Shown: positions 1 through 10,198 of the stretch, piece after piece | Layout of the letters: every line of letters starts with the position of its first letter | Position numbering within the stretch: position 1 is the stretch's first letter | Origin: a virus | Lineage: Duplodnaviria; Caudoviricetes | Reading direction: 5' to 3' (one strand) | Length of the DNA stretch: 64,000 nucleotides | IMG/VR virus record: IMGVR_UViG_2856153290_000001 | Coordinates: 1-64,000 of that record | Program-made: the position numbers and the translations under genes | The notes under the pieces: generated by a model | The model's database searches: none | What the model was told of the DNA's origin: nothing | Seen by the model: only the letters and a program-made list of their open reading frames with translations

Positions 1-1248
1 ATGCCTCTCACCGATAGCTGGCTGAAAGCCAACCACGGCAAGGCCGTAGACAGGATCCAGACGCGTAGCGACCTGAACGGGCTGGGGGTCAGGATTTCCA
101 AAAAGGGCAAGCTGACCTTCTACGTGCGGTACCGGATGAACGGCCAGCAGAACCAGAGTCGAATCGACCTGGGCTCCTACCCGCTCAAGAGCCTCAAGCA
201 AGCCAGGGCGGAGGCCGAAGAGATACGCCGCCTGGTCGAGGATGGAAAGGATCCGAAGCTGGCCAGGGAGATGGAGCGCCTGGCGCAGGCCGAGGCACCC
301 ACTGTCAAGGAGCTGTTCGACGAGTGGCATGAGAAGTACTGCGTCAAGCACAAGTCCAACGCCCACCTGATCAAGCGCAGCTTCGAGATCCACCTATTCC
401 CCGAGATAGGCCACCTGCCCGCCGACCAGCTGGAGCTTCGCCACTGGATGGAGCAGTTCGAGCGCGTGCAAGTGGGCACGCCAGCGATTGCCGAGCGGCT
501 GGTCATCAACTCCAAGCAGATGCTGAAGTGGGGCGTGCGCCGCCAGCGCGTGCCCGAGAATGTGATCGCCCATGTCGGCACGCGCACCGACCTTCACATC
601 AAGAAGAACATTGGCAAGCGGGTGCTTGACCGGGACGAGCTAGGGCTGGTGTGGGAGGTGCTGGAGCATTCCCGCATGACGCGCAAGAACGCCATTTTCG
701 TCATGCTGTGCCTGGCCTTTGGTTGCCGCACTGGCGAGCTCCGGCTAAGCGATAAGGTGCATTGGGATCTTGATAAAGGGGTGTGGACGGTTCCGCCCGA
801 GAATCACAAGACAGGGAAGGTGACCGGGCTGCCGATCGTCAGACCGATCATCGAGCCCGTTAAGGAGTTGGTGAAGGAGGCTATGCAGCTTTCGGCATCG
901 CCTACAGAGGGGCCGCTGTTCAATAACAGGGATAGTGAGGAGAGAATCAGCCGTAGCTCTCTTTTGCCGCTGCCCTACAACATCATGCAGTGGCTGCGCC
1001 GGCACCGGAAGGTCGAGATGGCGCACTGGTCCATGCACGACCTTCGGCGCACGGTGCGAACCAATCTGTCGGACCTCACGGCGCCGCATATCGCCGAGAA
1101 GATGCTGGGGCACACCATGCCCGGACAGTGGCGGGTTTACGATCACTACGACTACCTGGCCGAGCAGGAGGAAGCGTACCAGGCGTGGTGGGGTAGGTTG
1201 CAGCAGGTGGTGGCGGCCGGTCAGGCTGCTTCGAGTGAGGCTTCGTAG
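1..1248 (+). CDS. int: Tyrosine integrase with N-terminal arm-DNA-binding domain
   Basis: N-terminal GLGVRISKKGKLTFYVRYR...LGSYP; catalytic GCRTGEL, HDLRRT, LGH, VYD motifs. Confidence 0.95.
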   Translation: MPLTDSWLKANHGKAVDRIQTRSDLNGLGVRISKKGKLTFYVRYRMNGQQNQSRIDLGSYPLKSLKQARAEAEEIRRLVEDGKDPKLAREMERLAQAEAPTVKELFDEWHEKYCVKHKSNAHLIKRSFEIHLFPEIGHLPADQLELRHWMEQFERVQVGTPAIAERLVINSKQMLKWGVRRQRVPENVIAHVGTRTDLHIKKNIGKRVLDRDELGLVWEVLEHSRMTRKNAIFVMLCLAFGCRTGELRLSDKVHWDLDKGVWTVPPENHKTGKVTGLPIVRPIIEPVKELVKEAMQLSASPTEGPLFNNRDSEERISRSSLLPLPYNIMQWLRRHRKVEMAHWSMHDLRRTVRTNLSDLTAPHIAEKMLGHTMPGQWRVYDHYDYLAEQEEAYQAWWGRLQQVVAAGQAASSEAS

Positions 1249-1409
1249 GCTTCGATGTCGTCGATTGCCCAGCGATTGAGGCCCGCCTTGCCGCTGATGC
1301 GCGGTGCCGGCAGTGGGTTCTCCTTGCGCTTCATCCACCGATAAAGGGTGGTGCGCTCGACTCTGTAGCGCTCACACAGATCCTTGGTGGTCAGATAGCC
1401 TTTGACCAT
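1221..1409 (-). CDS. Excisionase / AlpA-like HTH protein
   Basis: YLTTKDLCERYRVERTTLYRW winged HTH; convergent with and overlapping the int 3' end; GGAGG RBS before ATG at 1409. Confidence 0.85.
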   Translation of the reverse strand: MVKGYLTTKDLCERYRVERTTLYRWMKRKENPLPAPRISGKAGLNRWAIDDIEAYEASLEAA

Positions 1410-1425
1410 GAGTACTTTACCTCCG

Positions 1426-1746
1426 TCAATCACTTTCACTCTGCGGCTCAGGAATGGGGCCGGCCCACTCCAAGGGCGCCCATCCCGGCAGCATCTCGTG
1501 GTTGGTGAAACGCGGGCTGGTGGTGGGCTCGAGCACCTGCTGGCCGCCGACGCTCACCACGGTCACGAAGTTCTCCAGCGGGTCGACGCGGGTGGAGACC
1601 GACACCTCGGCGATGACTGGCCGGTTGAAGTTCCAGCCGCGCGCCCAGTAGTGGGCCACGCCTCCCGCGGCCACGACTTCATCCAGGGTGGGCGGCTTCG
1701 GCCGCCATACAAAGCTAGGCACCTTCCGCCTCCTCGGGCCAGTCAA
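1426..1746 (-). CDS. Hypothetical phage protein
   Basis: ORF tightly packed in the leftward operon. Confidence 0.5.
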   Translation of the reverse strand: MTGPRRRKVPSFVWRPKPPTLDEVVAAGGVAHYWARGWNFNRPVIAEVSVSTRVDPLENFVTVVSVGGQQVLEPTTSPRFTNHEMLPGWAPLEWAGPIPEPQSESD

Positions 1747-2071
1747 AGCCCCTGGCCTTCATCCATGCCTTAGTTGCCCACCAGGCCTCGGGCGAGGCCA
1801 TGCTTAGTCCCTCGCTCTCCAACCAGTTGTCGCACGCTTTTTCCACGGCGGACCTATGGGAGTCAGAGGCGCCGCCCGGGCGCCCCTCCTTGATGATGAT
1901 CTCGCCGCCGGAATACCGGACCAGCACCGAGTCCTCGCCAGCGACTTGGGCCAGCAGGCCGAATATCTCGCCGACGCGCCCCATGCCCATTTCGCTGAAC
2001 TTGGCGCCCTCGATGCTCAGGGTGAGCACGGCGCGCTGATCATCGTCCTGATAGCTGGCGGTCTCCATCAC
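1715..2071 (-). CDS. Hypothetical phage protein
   Basis: Start overlaps upstream stop; GAGGA RBS. Confidence 0.6.
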   Translation of the reverse strand: MMETASYQDDDQRAVLTLSIEGAKFSEMGMGRVGEIFGLLAQVAGEDSVLVRYSGGEIIIKEGRPGGASDSHRSAVEKACDNWLESEGLSMASPEAWWATKAWMKARGFDWPEEAEGA

Positions 2072-3771
2072 GATTCCTCGCTCTGCCGGTTGTGCTCAAT
2101 GGCCTTGGTGGGGTCGACGGTTCGCCAGTCCGGCCAGTCGCGCCCCTCGTTCTTGACGAGCTTCGCGCCCAGACCGGCCGCCACCTCTTCGGCGGAGTAG
2201 CCGGCACGCCAGGCGCCGTCCAGGGCCAGCGACGCGACGTCGATCCACTCCTCGAGGTCGTGCGGGGCGGCCTCGATCTCCTTGAGCTCCTTGCGGATAT
2301 GGTCGGTTACGCCCTGGCAGCGGCTGCCGGGGCCGAAGGCGCGGGTCGAGAACGCTATCTGGCGCTTCATGTGGGCCACCAGGTCGTAGCCGGACGTGTC
2401 GCCGCCGCTGGTGGCTGCCCACGCCTTGGCGGCGTCGCTGACCACCGGCTGCACCTTGTAGTTGCACACGTACTCGAAGTCGCCCCAGTGGTAGCCTTCG
2501 GGGTCGCAACCGTCTTCATCCAGTTGACTCTCGTCCGGACGGTCGACGCGATCTACTTGGCTGCTGATCTGGGTCGCGCGGCCGACGAACACCTGGGCGA
2601 CTTGCTCATCCCAGCCGGTGTCGCCATCCAACCAACTGTCGATGAAGTCGGTGGCCTGCTCGACGGCCTCGGCCTCGGTACCGAAGGCCATCAGGCCCTG
2701 ATCGGGACAGTAGGCGAACCACGGCTTGTCGTCGGTGACGTACCAGGGCGGTGCCTCACCGGGCTGTCTCGGGGCCGCGCGATCGAGGCTGGTGCGCCCG
2801 CCAAGGGCGTGGATCATGGCGGCGAAGTTGAGCACGTCCACCGGGTCGCCCTTGGCGATGTGGTTGACCAGCATGCTGTTCAGGCGGGGGATGCTGCAGG
2901 TCTCCCAGCCGCCCCGGCCTTCGCCTCGCTTGTCGGCGAGCTTCTTGCGCATGGCCAGCGCCGCGGCTTCCACCATGGCGTCGTCGGGGTGCAGTTCGTG
3001 AGGCGTCAGCGCCTCCTGAAGCACGTCGACATACCACTCCAGGTACTTGTACTCGTAGACCTCGCCGGCCAGGTCGGTGCGCTCCTCCCACATGTCGGGC
3101 GCGCAGGCGAAGTCGATGGCTTCTTCCATGCGCCGGCTGCGCTCAATAAGGGTGTCCAGCGCTTCCAGGATCTGTTCATCCTTGCCCTGGTGGGGCTCGC
3201 CGGCAACGCCCAGCCGCTCCGCCACCATGCCCAGCATCCGGGCCCGGTCTTCGGCATAGTCGGTAGCAGCTTCCAGCTTCTCCTCGGCCAGCATCAGGTC
3301 GCGGGTGTTCAGTACATGGCCGTGGGGCGACACGCCGGCCAGGCGCTCATTCTCCGCCTTCAGGCGCTCGTTCTCCTGCTCGACCGCCTGAAGCCGCTGA
3401 GCCACCGGGTTCTTCGGGCACTGGCGGTCGTGCTCCATCAGCAGCCGGTGGGCGGCCTCCATGTCGTCGACCTTGCGCGTGTCGTAGATGATGGCTTCGC
3501 CGCAGTAGATGCACGACGCCGCGTGGTTGCCCTCGGCATCGCGCAGCCGTCTCAGCAATCCCAGCACCACCTTGGGGTTGGCGGCGGCCACGAAGGTCTC
3601 GTTGGCCTCGGCGTTGGGGCGGCTGGTGTGGTCGGAGTACCGGGCGTGGACGATGCAGGGCCCGCGGGTGTTCTCGTCGTCGGGGTAGATGCCGCCGTAA
3701 GTGCCGCGCACCCAAGGGCCTGGCGTGGCCGCCTTGGCGGCGGCCTCCAGCGCTTCGATATCGATGATCAT
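2068..3771 (-). CDS. Ead/Ea22-like multidomain protein with C-terminal DUF550 (MazG-like dATP/dGTP pyrophosphohydrolase) domain
   Basis: N-terminal AATPGPW...FVAAANP; C-terminal FGPG...GVTDHIRKELKEIEAAPHDLEEWIDV...KNEGRDWPDWR. Confidence 0.75.
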   Translation of the reverse strand: MIIDIEALEAAAKAATPGPWVRGTYGGIYPDDENTRGPCIVHARYSDHTSRPNAEANETFVAAANPKVVLGLLRRLRDAEGNHAASCIYCGEAIIYDTRKVDDMEAAHRLLMEHDRQCPKNPVAQRLQAVEQENERLKAENERLAGVSPHGHVLNTRDLMLAEEKLEAATDYAEDRARMLGMVAERLGVAGEPHQGKDEQILEALDTLIERSRRMEEAIDFACAPDMWEERTDLAGEVYEYKYLEWYVDVLQEALTPHELHPDDAMVEAAALAMRKKLADKRGEGRGGWETCSIPRLNSMLVNHIAKGDPVDVLNFAAMIHALGGRTSLDRAAPRQPGEAPPWYVTDDKPWFAYCPDQGLMAFGTEAEAVEQATDFIDSWLDGDTGWDEQVAQVFVGRATQISSQVDRVDRPDESQLDEDGCDPEGYHWGDFEYVCNYKVQPVVSDAAKAWAATSGGDTSGYDLVAHMKRQIAFSTRAFGPGSRCQGVTDHIRKELKEIEAAPHDLEEWIDVASLALDGAWRAGYSAEEVAAGLGAKLVKNEGRDWPDWRTVDPTKAIEHNRQSEES

Positions 3772-3785
3772 GTCAGTAGTCCTCT

Positions 3786-4199
3786 CTATGGGCAGCACAT
3801 CGGCGAGCCGCCGCACCAGTGTTCATAGTCCTCAGCGGGGATCTCGCTGAGGTCGCAGACGATGGGTTGGTACTCGTGACAGCCGCGGCACTCGGCTTCG
3901 TACTCGCCCGGTCGCACCTCGACAACACCATCCGGGAGCGGTGCGCCTTCAGGCTGCCAGGCAAGGGAGTGAAGGGCAGGGCGCCACTCGACGTGCTCGC
4001 CACGGCGGCGCAGCTTGCGGGCGCGCTGAGCGCCGATCGGACGCCAGCCGGCGCGGATATCTTGGTTGAGCGAGTTCTTGCGTCGGGCTTTCACGCTGCA
4101 TTCCTCCGTTGCTGCCAGTAGCGCAGGGTCACGCCCCGGGCCATGGCCATCAGCTGGTTGTCGAGCATCTTCACGCGATGTAGGCGGGGCGCTGGTCAT
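3786..4199 (-). CDS. Hypothetical protein with Cys-rich C-terminus
   Basis: CRGC...WCGGSPMCCP; ATG overlaps upstream stop. Confidence 0.5.
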   Translation of the reverse strand: MTSAPPTSREDARQPADGHGPGRDPALLAATEECSVKARRKNSLNQDIRAGWRPIGAQRARKLRRRGEHVEWRPALHSLAWQPEGAPLPDGVVEVRPGEYEAECRGCHEYQPIVCDLSEIPAEDYEHWCGGSPMCCP

Positions 4200-4687
4200 G
4201 TCTCGGTAACCCGGTAGCCATGGGCCTGGTGGGTGCCGTGACGGTAGGGCACGACCTCCATCAGGCCGGCGAACTCTGGCAGCTCGCCTTCCTTTACGAT
4301 CCCCGGCGCTGTCACCATCCAGAAATACGACGGCGGCACCAGGCCGCAGCAGTTCGACCCAGCCTCGGCCATGCGGGCTGTCTCCAGGGCGTGCGCCTTG
4401 GCATCGGCCAGCGTCTCCGCCCTGGCGAACTTGGCGCAGCGATATCGACCATCGTGGCAGCGGCAGTCTCCGCGGATATGGCGCAGCTCGGCCAGCCAGT
4501 CGGCGCGGCTGACCTTGATCTCGAAGGCGTGGCCGAGCCGGGCCTTGGTCACCGATGCCACGTCGGCCTCCGGGCCCCACACGGCCCCGCAGTTGGGGAT
4601 CGTGATTTCGTGCTTGGCGCGGGCGCACCAGGCGTAGACCACATCCTGCACCACAGCTTCAGTGAGTGGCGGAAGCTCAGTCTCCAT
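4196..4687 (-). CDS. MmcB-like PD-(D/E)xK nuclease-fold protein
   Basis: EADV...FEIKVSRADWLAEL and YFW...ELPEFAGL motifs. Confidence 0.7.
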   Translation of the reverse strand: METELPPLTEAVVQDVVYAWCARAKHEITIPNCGAVWGPEADVASVTKARLGHAFEIKVSRADWLAELRHIRGDCRCHDGRYRCAKFARAETLADAKAHALETARMAEAGSNCCGLVPPSYFWMVTAPGIVKEGELPEFAGLMEVVPYRHGTHQAHGYRVTET

Positions 4688-5351
4688 CGAGCGTCTCCTT
4701 CGTGGCCTGGCTTACCTGGACGACGGTGGCGATGTAGTCATCAATCACTTTTCGCAGGTCCTGGTCTTCCCAGCCTTCTCCTTGGGTCAGATGCCGAATG
4801 GCTGAAGCGCCTTTGGCGCGCTCACCGGCGTCGCGGAGCGCTAGGCTGACTTCCGGCGCCTGAGTCAGCACCCTGTGCCAGTCGTCCGGGCTCTCGGCGC
4901 CGCCGTAGCAGATGGCGCGATTGCCAGCCTTGCGAAGATCCTCGGCGTATGCCGCCAAGGCGTCACGCCGCTGCACGATGCTCTCCACTGCATTGAGGGC
5001 GGGCGCCGGCCCATTCCATCCGCCGGTGTCCATGCCAACGATTTCCTCGAGGCGCTGAAAGGCCTCGCACATTGCCCGGAATCCGGTCGCCTCACGCTCC
5101 ACCCTCTGCTCTGCCTTAGCCAGCCTGGCTTTCAGCCTCTCCACCAGCGAAAGCGCCGGCCCTGTCGGTACCTCTTCGCCCTCGTCCACCAGGGCGGCCT
5201 TCAGGGCAGCCAGCTCCTCGCAGGCGTTGTGAAAGCAGCCGCGCAGCTGGTCGCGGTCCTGTTCCATCTCTATCAGCCGGCGGGCCAACTGATAGGCCGA
5301 CTCGTTGTCGGCCAGCTGCTGGGCTCTCTCGTGAAGATCGAAGTTGGTCAC
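4677..5351 (-). CDS. Hypothetical coiled-coil protein
   Basis: Operon-packed ORF. Confidence 0.6.
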   Translation of the reverse strand: MTNFDLHERAQQLADNESAYQLARRLIEMEQDRDQLRGCFHNACEELAALKAALVDEGEEVPTGPALSLVERLKARLAKAEQRVEREATGFRAMCEAFQRLEEIVGMDTGGWNGPAPALNAVESIVQRRDALAAYAEDLRKAGNRAICYGGAESPDDWHRVLTQAPEVSLALRDAGERAKGASAIRHLTQGEGWEDQDLRKVIDDYIATVVQVSQATKETLDGD

Positions 5352-6112
5352 CGGCCACCTGCCTTGCGCACGGCGCGCGCGATCTTCTGGATGGTGGCCG
5401 GGCCGATACCCTTGATGCCGGCGAGCGCCTTGCGCTTGGCCTCGGTACCGATCTCGCTCACCAGCTCGTAGCCGGCGTCCTCAAGCTGGGTGACGACGCG
5501 CGCCGGCAGGTCCAGGTCTTCGATGCGCTGGCAGCCGTTCTCCTTGCGCCAGTGGCCGGCCAGGCGGTGGATGGCGCCCTTGATGAAGACGGCGTCGTCG
5601 CCGGCCATGATGCCGTCGATCAGCCCGCAGAAGACCAGGCGGTGCTTCTCCGCCTGGTCGAGCGGCTTGCTGCTGACCATGTACCAGCGGTCGGGCTCGT
5701 GGATGTGCACCTGGTTGAAGGCCAGCTGAACGACGACGCGACCGTCGTCGCTCTTGATCGTGGCGTGCGGCCCCGGATCCTCGCCGGCCTTCTCGGCGGG
5801 CGCCTTCTCCTTGCGGGCCAGCTCGGCTTCCAGTTGCTGGACGCGCTGTCTCGCCTGGTGGCGAGTCTGGGCCAGCTCCTTCTTGCCGGCCGCCTTTTCG
5901 GCGGCCAGGCGGTCGGCGCGTTCGCGCTGCTGGTCGGCTTCGGCCTTGGCCTTGTCCCGACTGGCGGCCGCGCTCTCGGCGCGGCGCAGGGCGACAGCCA
6001 ACTCCTCGCGCAAGTCCCTGTTGTCCAGGGCCAGACGGATAGCCTCGTCGTAGGGGTCGAGCGAGGCGCGCACGGGCGCGCGCCCGCTCTCGTGGGCGTG
6101 TGTGTTCATCAT
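5348..6112 (-). CDS. Coiled-coil protein with C-terminal RNAP alpha-CTD-like HhH domain
   Basis: IEDLDLPARVVTQLEDAG...LAGIKGIGPATIQKI. Confidence 0.6.
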   Translation of the reverse strand: MMNTHAHESGRAPVRASLDPYDEAIRLALDNRDLREELAVALRRAESAAASRDKAKAEADQQRERADRLAAEKAAGKKELAQTRHQARQRVQQLEAELARKEKAPAEKAGEDPGPHATIKSDDGRVVVQLAFNQVHIHEPDRWYMVSSKPLDQAEKHRLVFCGLIDGIMAGDDAVFIKGAIHRLAGHWRKENGCQRIEDLDLPARVVTQLEDAGYELVSEIGTEAKRKALAGIKGIGPATIQKIARAVRKAGGR

Positions 6113-6138
6113 GGGCTCCAGCGGTAGTAGGCGGGCGG

Positions 6139-6420
6139 TCAGGCGCGGTGATTGGCCAGTTGCCGGCGCAGCTCGTGGTTATCTGCGCAGACGGCGACCA
6201 CGGCTTCCAGGAAGGTGGTCGGCTTCTTGAGCATGCCGGAGCGGCGGATGACTTCATCCAGGTGCCGGCGCGCCTCCGCCAGGTCCGCGAGCTGGTCGGA
6301 CAGGTCGAGCTGCTCGGCCAGGCGAGCCTTGTCGTCTTCCAACTCCTGGTTGCGCTGCATGACCTGCTCGCAGAACGAGCAGGCTGCCGTCTCGGCCGGG
6401 GTGTGGGCCAGCGATGTCAT
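6139..6420 (-). CDS. Hypothetical protein (CxxC + coiled coil)
   Basis: ATGA overlap with rdgC stop; GGAGG RBS. Confidence 0.6.
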   Translation of the reverse strand: MTSLAHTPAETAACSFCEQVMQRNQELEDDKARLAEQLDLSDQLADLAEARRHLDEVIRRSGMLKKPTTFLEAVVAVCADNHELRRQLANHRA

Positions 6421-7574
6421 GCCACCTCCTTGAGCACCTTACGGGCGCCGCTGTTGTCCATGGGGGAAACCACGCCCTGACGCTCCAGGTCCTCGATGAG
6501 GCGCGCCGCGCGGTTGTAGCCGATCTTGAATTTCCGCTGCACGGCGGATATCGACGCTCGCCCGCTCTCGATCACGAAGGCCTTGGCCTCGCTCAGCAGC
6601 GGGTCGGGCTCGTCGGCGCCAGGCGAGGCGGGCGTAGGCGCCGACTCATCCATGCTCTTGAACTCGGGCACGGCCTCGCCGCCCAGTCCGGTCAGCAGCA
6701 GCTTGATGACGTCGCGCAGGGCGTTGACCATCAGGATGAAGTCGGTCTCGAGCCGCAAGACGGCGTCGCCGTCGTCGTCGGTATCGCCGGCCTCGTCCAG
6801 CAAGGCATCGGAGAAGCGCAGGCTCTTGAGCGTCAGGTCATCGGTCAGCGTCAGCGATACCCGCTCATCGAGGGTGATGCTCAGCTGAGAGGCCTGGCGC
6901 CCACACTCCAACAGCTGCTGCATGTCGTCGGTGTCGAGGTCGACGTTCTTGGCCGTTACCTTGCCGTCGTCGCCTTTCTCACGGAGCTGTACGCTGTCGC
7001 CGACTTCGAGCCAGGACGGGCGCAGGCTCGGGTCTTGCAGCCAATGCGTCATGACGCGCGTCGGCAGCGAGTGGGTGGCAACCGGCAGCACCTTCAGGCT
7101 GCCCAGCGTGGCGCGCAGCAGGTCCAGGGCCTCCTCGGCACGCTTCGCCGACGAGGTGTTGACCGCGATCATGCCGCCGGCCATGTCCCACCAGAGGTCG
7201 ACCCGATGGCTGCGCACGAAGGCGCGGGGCAGGAACTCCTCGTAGACCTGCTCCTTGATGCTCATCTTCTCCGCGCGCGGTACCGGGCCGCCGCGAACGG
7301 CCTCGATCTCCTCGCAGCGGGCCTCCACCTCCTCCTTCACCACGGACGAGGGCAGGATTCGCTCCTGACGCTGCATGGTCAGCAGGAACTGGTTTTGGAT
7401 GGCGTGGACCAGGGTGTCGCTCTTGCGCCCGGCCGGCGGCACCCAGCCTAGGTGCTTGGCCTCGTGGCCGCCCATGTCGCGGGTGGCGAAGCGGCCCATG
7501 GCCTCGGCCAGGGCTTCAACGGCGATGCTGCCGGCGGCGGGCAGGCGATACAGACGAAGGTTCTTGAACCACAT
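6417..7574 (-). CDS. rdgC: Recombination-associated protein RdgC fused to an FtsK-gamma domain
   Basis: [12 protein letters not shown]-terminus and LLRATLGSL; C-terminal DPLL...[31 protein letters not shown]. Confidence 0.9.
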   Translation of the reverse strand: MWFKNLRLYRLPAAGSIAVEALAEAMGRFATRDMGGHEAKHLGWVPPAGRKSDTLVHAIQNQFLLTMQRQERILPSSVVKEEVEARCEEIEAVRGGPVPRAEKMSIKEQVYEEFLPRAFVRSHRVDLWWDMAGGMIAVNTSSAKRAEEALDLLRATLGSLKVLPVATHSLPTRVMTHWLQDPSLRPSWLEVGDSVQLREKGDDGKVTAKNVDLDTDDMQQLLECGRQASQLSITLDERVSLTLTDDLTLKSLRFSDALLDEAGDTDDDGDAVLRLETDFILMVNALRDVIKLLLTGLGGEAVPEFKSMDESAPTPASPGADEPDPLLSEAKAFVIESGRASISAVQRKFKIGYNRAARLIEDLERQGVVSPMDNSGARKVLKEVA

Positions 7575-7618
7575 GGCGATGTCTCCAGGTTGCGGTACCG
7601 CCCGGCGGGCGGCGAAGG

Positions 7619-8470
7619 TTAGGCGGTGGCGAACATGTCGGCTTGGCGCTGCTGCTGGACAACGCGAGGGGATAACCACAGGCATTCAGTCCGGGTTGCT
7701 CCACCACGCTGGCCAGAGGCTTGAACGTCTTTCTGCACTAGATGCCATCCAGGCAGTGATTCTCGGTACAGATCGCTGTCATAGCCGGATAGCACGACGA
7801 ACCCTTGCAGCGACTTCAGCCCCGTGAGGAGCTCTATGTGCTCGGCCTCATCCATTTCATGGCGATAGACGAGCCGGTGGCCTTTCTGGCGAGTTGAGTC
7901 CAGGTAGGGTGGGTCTACGTAGTGAAGGGCGCGCTCTCGGTCATGCTGAAGCATCACGTCGAGGGCAGGACGGTTCTCGACAATTACCCCTTGGAGGCGC
8001 TCAACGTAGCTGGCAATGACTCGTGGGTAGTCCAGCCAGGTGGCGGCGATCTTGCCTCGAGGTCCGTCTTCTCCGGTGTAAGTTCGAAAACCGCTCGTCC
8101 CAGCTGTCGCAGATGCGGACCCAAACCCGGCTGAAGCGCGGAATAGGGTGCGCCGGGCTCGCTCAACGGGATCGGTGGTGGGCTGGTAGGCCAATTCGAA
8201 CTCACTGCGAGCAAACGGCGTGAGGCGACAGAGCTTCGCGAGATGCTGGGCTTTCCACGGGTCTCGAAGAACGCGAAAGACATTCACCACGTCCTCGTCC
8301 AGATCGTTGTAAACCTCATGCTTTGAGGGAATCTTCTGGAGAAGCACCCCAGCAGCTCCGCCGAAAGGCTCAACGTAAACATCGAAGGCTGAATGCGGCG
8401 GAAACTGTGACATGATCCACGGTGCAAGCCGCCACTTGCCGCCGTGGTATCGCATTACAGGGCTGTTCAT
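7619..8470 (-). CDS. DNA adenine methyltransferase (Dam/D12 class)
   Basis: [22 protein letters not shown] and YVDPPY motifs. Confidence 0.92.
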   Translation of the reverse strand: MNSPVMRYHGGKWRLAPWIMSQFPPHSAFDVYVEPFGGAAGVLLQKIPSKHEVYNDLDEDVVNVFRVLRDPWKAQHLAKLCRLTPFARSEFELAYQPTTDPVERARRTLFRASAGFGSASATAGTSGFRTYTGEDGPRGKIAATWLDYPRVIASYVERLQGVIVENRPALDVMLQHDRERALHYVDPPYLDSTRQKGHRLVYRHEMDEAEHIELLTGLKSLQGFVVLSGYDSDLYRESLPGWHLVQKDVQASGQRGGATRTECLWLSPRVVQQQRQADMFATA

Positions 8471-8497
8471 AGGGTCTCCAGAAAGAAGAGGGCCGCC

Positions 8498-10198
8498 TCA
8501 GTGGGCAGCCTTGGGGTCGGGTTTCTCGGGTTGGTGTAGCGATAGGCCGGCAGCGACCTGGCGAACCCATATCGGCGTGCTGCCCAGGGCGAACGTCTCG
8601 CCACTCCAAGCCAGCAGCAATGTGGTACCCATGACGCCAGCAATGGCCTCGGCGGCCGGCGCGGGTACCGCGTTGCCGATGCGTTCACGCCAGGCGCTGT
8701 CGTTCAGCCCTTCCAGCTCCAGGTGCTCACAGGGGTCGACGAGCCCCTGCAAGGCGGCGAGCTCGAGCGTCGTAAACGGCCGGTGCCAGCAGTCGTCCAG
8801 TGACCGGATCACGGCCACCAGCTTGTCGTTGGGCTCGGGCAGGCGTGGGTCGGCCACCGACCAACTGCCGTTGTCGTGGCCCGCGGATGCCGAGACGGCG
8901 CCGCATGGGGCCTGCCAGGGCACGACGCCGTAGTGTCCGGCGGTAAGGTAGTGGTCGCCCTTGCCGCGGCTCAGGCCTGGCCGTGGGTCGGCGACGGCAT
9001 AGGCTCCCTGTCCGGTAGTGCTGCCCGATATGACGGTTCCGCTGTGCTCGTCCCAGCGGGTGACCATGTACTTGCCGAATGACGGCCCGGTGCGGCGAGG
9101 GTCCGCGACGGCGAAAGCACCTTGCCCGGGTGACTTCTGCCCGGTGATTGCGCCAGTGGGGCCGTCCCAGCGGCGGACGCCGTAGGCCTGGCCGTCCTTC
9201 CACTTGGCTGACTGATTGAAGCGAGGGTCTGCTACGGAGAACTTGCCGTTCCCCGGGCGACTGGCGCCGGCCACAGTGCCGGCCGCTTCTCGCCAGTCGT
9301 GCACGCCCAGGTAGCCGTTGTTACGTCCCTCGGGTACCAGCAGGTAGTCCTTGAGGAAGCCGTCTTCGACTGCCAGCCGGTTCAGCGACCGCCAGTCGCT
9401 GCCAGCCTCCACGAAGGCGAGCCTGACCCACGTCTTCCATTGCAGGCGCGGGATGCGGTGCATGGCGCCGGCCATCTCGTCGCCGGGCAACGGCATGTCG
9501 CCCAGCACGTCGCCTACGGCTCGCAGCGGGCGGCGAACCGGTTCATAGAGGAAGGGCGGCACCTTCTCGGCGTGCCTGGCCACCAGCAGGAAGCGCTTGC
9601 GGGATTGGGCGAGGTGCCCGATCTCGCCGCAATCATGCGTGGTCTCCGCGACGTGGTAGCCGTAGTGCTCGAGCATGGTCACGATGCGATCGAGGAGAGG
9701 TCGGCCCCGGTTGGCGATGCGAGGGACGTTCTCGAAGATGATCAGCTCCGGCGGGTCGTCAGCGAATGCCTCCATGGTCAGCCACATGCCGCGAAGCGTC
9801 AGGCGGTTGAGCGCCTGGTACCGGGGCGTGGTGCTGCGCGACTGTGACAGCAGGCCGCTGAAGCCCTTGCAGGGCGCGCTCAGGAAGACGATGTTCGGCG
9901 TCTCGCCGCCGGCTGCCGCCTGAATGTCGGCGGGCGTGGCCTCGCGCCAGTCCGCTGGCGGCTCCTCGCCATGGAAGTCTCGGTACTGGTCACGGTCGAA
10001 CAGGTCGAGTGCGGTACCGGGCGCGCCGGACAGGCGCTGGAAGTCGGCGATGGCGCCAGGGTCGACGTCGATTCCGCCGATGCAGCGGAAGCGCGCCTCC
10101 ATGTTGCCGACGCGCGCGTTCCCGCGATTGAAGCCCTTGGCTCCGCCTCCCAGCCCGCAGAACAGGTGGAAGTGCCGAATCTCGCGCTGCTCAATCAT
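8498..10198 (-). CDS. DNA (cytosine-5) methyltransferase
   Basis: LFCGLGG (motif I), SAPCKGFS (IV), FENV (VI), QSRKR (VIII), IGNAV (X). Confidence 0.92.
   Translation of the reverse strand: MIEQREIRHFHLFCGLGGGAKGFNRGNARVGNMEARFRCIGGIDVDPGAIADFQRLSGAPGTALDLFDRDQYRDFHGEEPPADWREATPADIQAAAGGETPNIVFLSAPCKGFSGLLSQSRSTTPRYQALNRLTLRGMWLTMEAFADDPPELIIFENVPRIANRGRPLLDRIVTMLEHYGYHVAETTHDCGEIGHLAQSRKRFLLVARHAEKVPPFLYEPVRRPLRAVGDVLGDMPLPGDEMAGAMHRIPRLQWKTWVRLAFVEAGSDWRSLNRLAVEDGFLKDYLLVPEGRNNGYLGVHDWREAAGTVAGASRPGNGKFSVADPRFNQSAKWKDGQAYGVRRWDGPTGAITGQKSPGQGAFAVADPRRTGPSFGKYMVTRWDEHSGTVISGSTTGQGAYAVADPRPGLSRGKGDHYLTAGHYGVVPWQAPCGAVSASAGHDNGSWSVADPRLPEPNDKLVAVIRSLDDCWHRPFTTLELAALQGLVDPCEHLELEGLNDSAWRERIGNAVPAPAAEAIAGVMGTTLLLAWSGETFALGSTPIWVRQVAAGLSLHQPEKPDPKAAH

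Noticed and set aside
1-60. attL/attR or tRNA target
   Set aside because: The window begins at the int start codon; no att core or tRNA is recognisable in the window
2092-3828. Long antisense ORFs (this one, and e.g. 37065-38933, 39949-41835, 51513-53630, 54575-56761)
   Set aside because: Shadow frames of high-GC3 genes on the opposite strand; no motifs or RBS
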